Origin: an uncultured virus (IMG/VR IMGVR_UViG_3300044733_004146)
Taxonomy: Duplodnaviria; Heunggongvirae; Uroviricota; Caudoviricetes
Virus record (IMG/VR): IMGVR_UViG_3300044733_004146
Strand: one strand, 5' to 3'
Length of the DNA stretch: 20,000 nucleotides
Part shown: piece after piece, positions 16,071 through 20,000 of the stretch
How positions within the stretch are numbered: the stretch's first letter is position 1
How the letters are laid out: each line of letters begins with the position of its first letter
Translations under genes and position numbers: made by a program
The notes under the pieces: generated by a model
What the model was told of the DNA's origin: nothing
Databases searched by the model: none
The model's input: only the letters and a program-made list of their open reading frames with translations

Positions 16071-16501
16071 GTAAAGAATTGCACGCGATAAAATATTCTC
16101 ATCGTTGCATCTTGCGCCACTAAATGTAGCTAACTGCCACTCGGCAGGATGTAGCCTACTGTTTCGCGCTAAATATAAATATTTCAGAATGTAACGCGAC
16201 GCCGTAGTCTCGCCGGTCTCGTGGTATGGGCGCCAAATGTTGCCAAATGTTGCGCTAGTGGTTGACCGTTCGGGGGGTGCCATGGTATCCGCGCACGCGC
16301 GCGTTCTTTCTTTCTTCTATGGTGCCGATCCTGTAGGTTCCCGGACAACGCACCAACCACACAAACCGCCATAGCCTCCCGGAGATTGTGCCACCTATGG
16401 GAGTGTCCTAACTTCCTGGATTGTGGGCCAGTTTGGGCCCATACTTCTACCAACGGCAAGCGAGGCGACTCGCCAGCCGCCACCCTCCGCAACTTTCACC
16501 C

Positions 16502-16738
16502 ATGGCCTATTCTTTCACCCGCAGCCCGCTAGATGGCTGCTTGATTGTTGACTCTACCGGCACTGTCCTAGATGCTGCTACATGCTATCTGGTGGACGCA
16601 GAAACGATGCCCGATGCAACGTATCGGCAGTTCATAGAAGAAAGTTCAGACGCCGAAACTTTCGCCATGGCGAAACAATGGGGCCGCAAACTTTCTGCAG
16701 TTGTTGTAACGTCCGCCAAACTTCCCGGCGAACGTTGA
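16502..16738 (+). CDS. hypothetical protein (MAYSFTRSPLDG...)
   Basis: Internal ATG of the track ORF, after a promoter and leader hairpin. Confidence 0.7.
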   Translation: MAYSFTRSPLDGCLIVDSTGTVLDAATCYLVDAETMPDATYRQFIEESSDAETFAMAKQWGRKLSAVVVTSAKLPGER

Positions 16739-16787
16739 TTCTTTCTTAGTCTTTCTTTCCTTTCCTTTCCTTTCTTTCCTTTCAACC

Positions 16788-17489
16788 ATGCAACTTTCTG
16801 CCCTTTCCTTTCATCTTTCCGTAAAAAGCAACAATGCTAAGACTGGCCCAATGGCAGTCTCTACATCTTCAAAGTCCACTTGCGCTCCATCGTGTCCTTT
16901 TCTGCCCGAGAATGGCGGGGGATGCTACGCTCAGTCCGGGCCGCTTAATCTACACTGGCTGAAAGTTACAAGCGGCGAACGTGGCACAAACTTTCAAACT
17001 TTCCTCTCAAAGTTAGAAGAACTTCCCGCAGGTTCAGCCTTTCGTCACAATCAGGCGGGGGATCTTCCGCATAATAATGGCAAGATTTCAGAAACTTTCA
17101 TCCGGAAGATGATAAAGGCAGTCTCGCATCTTAAAGCCTACACCTATTCTCACCACAACATCACACTAGGTGAGAATCTTTCCTTAATTAGAAAGGCTAA
17201 CCGTGCGGGCTTCACTATCAACGTGAGCTGCGAAAGTGAAGTACAAGTTGATGCAGCCATTGCGGCAGATCTTCCCGCTGTTGTAGTGGCAAAGTCTGAC
17301 GAACAACGCACACAATGGAGAACAAACGATGGGAACATTGTTCTAGTTTGTCCCGCACAACGTAGTGACACTGTAACCTGCAACGATTGCATGCTATGTC
17401 ACAGACGGGGGAAGAAAGTAGCCATTGCTTTCTTAGCCCACGGCGTTGGTAAGCGTAAAGCTGAAGCGCAACTTTCGGAGGCTCAGTGA
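16788..17489 (+). CDS. Cys-rich Gp88-like phage protein (putative Fe-S/metal-binding)
   Basis: SNNAKTGP, TCAPSCPF..GGCYA, FRHNQAGD, YTYSH, INVSCE, CPAQ..TCNDCMLC and FLAHG motifs. Confidence 0.7.
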   Translation: MQLSALSFHLSVKSNNAKTGPMAVSTSSKSTCAPSCPFLPENGGGCYAQSGPLNLHWLKVTSGERGTNFQTFLSKLEELPAGSAFRHNQAGDLPHNNGKISETFIRKMIKAVSHLKAYTYSHHNITLGENLSLIRKANRAGFTINVSCESEVQVDAAIAADLPAVVVAKSDEQRTQWRTNDGNIVLVCPAQRSDTVTCNDCMLCHRRGKKVAIAFLAHGVGKRKAEAQLSEAQ

Positions 17490-17695
17490 TGATAAAGTTT
17501 GAAACTTTCGCCATAGACGAGTATGGCGTGGGCTATTCTCCCGAGACTTTCTACACTGTAGAAGATGCGGAAAGTTTCATCACAACGCTAGAAGATAGCC
17601 TAGAAGATGCAACAATCAGCCAAGCCCATTCCATCCGCCAAACTATACTAGACCTAGAAGATCAGCTCAGAAACTATAAAGAAACAGCAGACTAG
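17489..17695 (+). CDS. small acidic hypothetical protein
   Basis: TGATG overlap; ORF track. Confidence 0.65.
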   Translation: MIKFETFAIDEYGVGYSPETFYTVEDAESFITTLEDSLEDATISQAHSIRQTILDLEDQLRNYKETAD

Positions 17696-17698
17696 CCT

Positions 17699-17726
17699 AG
17701 GGGCCCCTATAGGGCCCCTTCTTTCT
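17699..17726 (+). terminator. intrinsic terminator
   Basis: GGGGCCC-CTATA-GGGCCCC followed by TTCTTTCT. Confidence 0.7.
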
Positions 17727-18026
17727 GTCTGGCTATCTTCCCCCATAGCCTGCCCATAGGATAGGGTGGCGGGGCTTCTAGGGGGCCATTTCGAGCTGCG
17801 GTGCAATGGGAGGCTGAAAATGGGGAGCATCGCCACATCAGAGAAACACCGACCTGCCAGGTCGGGATTGTTTCAATACGTTACAACTGTTTACCGTGAA
17901 CAGACACGGGCGAGACGCCAGTGTAGGGAGCAGTAGAAAGCCTCCCTACGGTTTTGGGCTCGCGGTACTCCCCGCGAAATGTGGCGCCAATTTTCATCGA
18001 AAATGGCAGGCAATAAGTACAAATAC

Positions 18027-18524
18027 CTACCAATCAATGGAATTAGCAATAGCGCGTCCCACCGCTTCAGTGAGAGTTTTTAATTCTTCATGCGTGGCAT
18101 AACTTTTAAACATATTTGCTTTATGGCTAATTATCCATACATTGCCTTTGACATAGCCACGAGTAGGATCAATGCGATCTAGGGAAGGGCTATTGGGAAG
18201 GGGGAGTCTTTCATTGCCTCGGTAAGCAGACCATTCAAGAGGCATATTGAACACTGGACAACGAGAAACAACCAGGGAACGAACGTAATCAATATCAAGA
18301 TCGAACAAAAGCTTTTTCTTGATAGCTCGATTACGAGCATTAACTAACATTTTTGTAGTTTGCGTTGTAATGGGATTATTTTTTTTGGAATTTACGGCCA
18401 TAGCACTAGAGCATTGCTTGCATTCATAGCTATAGCCATCTTTTTTGCTGCAATTTTTAAAAAAATCGCTTAATGGTTTTACAGTTTTACAAGAGTAGCA
18501 TCGTTTTTCTTGAGAAGAGTCCAT
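18027..18524 (-). CDS. HNH homing-type endonuclease with N-terminal CxxC..CxxC Zn finger
   Basis: KRCYSCK...ECKQC and RCPVF..PSLDRIDPTRGYVKGNVWIISHKAN; visibly more AT-rich than the flanks. Confidence 0.85.
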   Translation of the reverse strand: MDSSQEKRCYSCKTVKPLSDFFKNCSKKDGYSYECKQCSSAMAVNSKKNNPITTQTTKMLVNARNRAIKKKLLFDLDIDYVRSLVVSRCPVFNMPLEWSAYRGNERLPLPNSPSLDRIDPTRGYVKGNVWIISHKANMFKSYATHEELKTLTEAVGRAIANSIDW

Positions 18525-18770
18525 GCGAGGGCCGTCATTGCCACAAATCTTAACCAGCAAAAACCTAGTTAACACACGCTGAATCAAGCCCTCGCAGAGG
18601 GCGCAGATGAAGCGTTCTCCTCCCTGCTTCTCTAATGGAGGCGCCCAAAGCGCCGTAATGATGCACCAGGAAGCTGGCAGTTTCTAAATTCGCGCATTCT
18701 CCCTTGCATCGTTTATTGCTTAAAGCGGCCCATTAAAGGGCCGCTGTTCTAGACAATATTGCTTTTTCTT

Positions 18771-19034
18771 AAAAAAACAGCCTGTTCTGGCTGCTGAGCA
18801 TAGTTTCCCAAGACCATTACTTAGGAGCTGGTCCAGCCTTTTTGTATTTCGCCACTCGTCAGTAGCTCCGTCCTTTGGGGACTCCGCATTGCTGAGAGCA
18901 CCGTGGCTTATCTAGCCTTTTTAGCCCGTCACTCCGCGCTTTAGGCGCTTCGTTAGAGGAGAAGGTGCTCGGGAGAGGCTAGCGAGGAGCGTCTAATTGC
19001 TCTGGAGGGGCGAAATTTAGACGCTGCTGCGCTT
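18771..19034 (-). ncRNA. candidate non-coding transcript (~265 nt), possibly origin-associated
   Basis: Promoter TTGACA(19064-19069)-17nt-TACGAT(19041-19046) on minus; terminator CAGCC-AGAACA-GGCTG-T7; no ORF. Confidence 0.6.
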
Positions 19035-19248
19035 ACGCATATCGTAAATGCTCTGTCAAGCTTTGTCAAGAGGCTCACTTCCCTTGCTACCACTAGAAAG
19101 GGGCCTAAAAGGCCCCGAAAACCATGGAAAAATTGCCCGTTTCTTAAGAATGTCTTCCGTTTTGTCAGGCAATGAAGAAGAATGTATTAAAAACTACCAG
19201 TCAAATTGTTGATAGTGACTAGCCTGAAATGATCGCCGCTAATTAATT

Positions 19249-19440
19249 ATGTGGGGCCTGCCAGAACGTCAACCATTTAACATTGGCCCCTATAAGCTTT
19301 GGCCTTGTTTTAGTAGGCCAGAATTTCAATGGTTTGCAGCAGTAGATGGCAAGCCTCTTTATTTCCGCACGTCCAATGAAGCGAAATTATTTTTCAATGA
19401 TCTGCTGGCAGTGGAAGACCCGGAGGGGCTATGCGATTAA
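19249..19440 (+). CDS. hypothetical phage protein
   Basis: ORF track, 63 aa. Confidence 0.65.
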   Translation: MWGLPERQPFNIGPYKLWPCFSRPEFQWFAAVDGKPLYFRTSNEAKLFFNDLLAVEDPEGLCD

Positions 19441-19531
19441 AGGAAGTTTTCCATTCCTGCATGGGAAAAATTGGCTAGCCTGCCTGTTGTAAGTTTTGGG
19501 GCCGTAAGGCCCTTTCTTGTCTCTGGAACCA

Positions 19532-20000
19532 ATGGTTGAAAAAATTGCCCGCACTGGTAGGGTGCAAAGCTGGATGGAAAGCCCGAATGGACGGCTGCCG
19601 GTTAGCTGCACGGTCTTTAACGTGCAAGATTCAATGGAAGGAGAGGACGGCATTGAAGCGTCTTGGCGCTTTGTTAGCCATGGCCTGCGTAATGGTGCAG
19701 GAGTGGCGGTGCATCTTTCTGAGCTTCGCCCCAAGGGCGAAGAAAATGGCAAAGGCTTGGTTGCTAGCGGGCCTATTAGCTTCGGCAAAATCTATTCGAC
19801 GCTCAATGAAATTCTGAGGCGTGGTGGTTTATACAAAAACGGAGCCGTGGTCCTGCATTTGGACTACACGCATCCTGACGCCATGGAATTTGTCAATGTT
19901 TCCAGACAGGACCTGCCCTGGACGAAGCGTTGCCTTAATGTGGACGAGCAGTTTCTGGACAAGGCTTCGCCTGAGCTGATTAATGCCGCTCTTCGTGCCA
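19532..20000 (+). CDS. nrdA: ribonucleotide reductase large subunit, cyanopodovirus (P-SSP7/Syn5-like) type, truncated by window end
   Basis: Hand-translated (not in the ORF track): MVEKIARTGRVQSW...RLPVSCTVF...GAGVAVHLSELRPKG..GLVASGPISF...LRRGGLYKNGAVVLHLDYTHPD. Confidence 0.9.
   Translation, partial: MVEKIARTGRVQSWMESPNGRLPVSCTVFNVQDSMEGEDGIEASWRFVSHGLRNGAGVAVHLSELRPKGEENGKGLVASGPISFGKIYSTLNEILRRGGLYKNGAVVLHLDYTHPDAMEFVNVSRQDLPWTKRCLNVDEQFLDKASPELINAALRA

Noticed and set aside
16070..16165. NtcA boxes (several TGTA starts)
   Set aside because: None gives GTA-N8-TAC; the best is GTA-N8-CAC at 16071, too weak to call.
15708..16492. Track ORFs 15708-15965, 16020-16283 and 16184-16492
   Set aside because: They translate repeats and operator-like DNA, have poor start contexts and do not look like proteins.
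18824..18870. Hammerhead-like core on the minus strand (GGAGCU-A-CUGACGAG-UGG-CGAAA...AGCUCC)
   Set aside because: Stem II would be 1 bp, there is no stem III and no UH cleavage triplet in register, so it is not a canonical hammerhead.
19536..19817. 93-aa plus-strand ORF in the track
   Set aside because: Out of frame with the real RNR ORF starting at 19532.
1..20000. Integrase, reverse transcriptase/DGR/retron, structural or photosynthesis genes
   Set aside because: No such motifs were recognised in any frame of this window.

Overview
This window is part of a tailed dsDNA phage genome (Caudoviricetes), very likely a cyanophage. The evidence is a cyanopodovirus-type RNR, SD-less AACC-ATG starts and cyanobacterial regulator boxes. 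A leftward recombination operon (1-3800) encodes an SSB-like protein, a PD-(D/E)XK exonuclease, a DUF1071/Sak3-like annealase and an RHH regulator. It diverges from a Zn-finger/TOPRIM/AAA primase-helicase (3902-5866). A long rightward early-type region (about 7700-17700) holds small genes (TerS-like HTH, RlpA, WYL_2-like, DUF932, Zn-finger, Gp88-like) built as modular sigma70 promoter cassettes. An AT-rich HNH endonuclease and the 5' end of an RNR gene close the window. The most interesting signals are non-coding: (i) a dense array of host transcription-factor-like sites at 15780-16260 (21-bp repeats, Fur box, cyanobacterial LexA box, five LysR-type boxes, HLR1-like repeats), with the same LysR-type box exactly 11 nt upstream of three -35 hexamers elsewhere; (ii) three candidate structured ncRNAs (10512-10739 minus, 11744-11956 plus, 18771-19034 minus); (iii) a recurrent GNA-hairpin element on opposite strands near 6240-6360 and 18865-18955; and (iv) strong local enrichment of AACTTT in 16490-17580. 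All family assignments come from motif recognition by eye; no database search was run.
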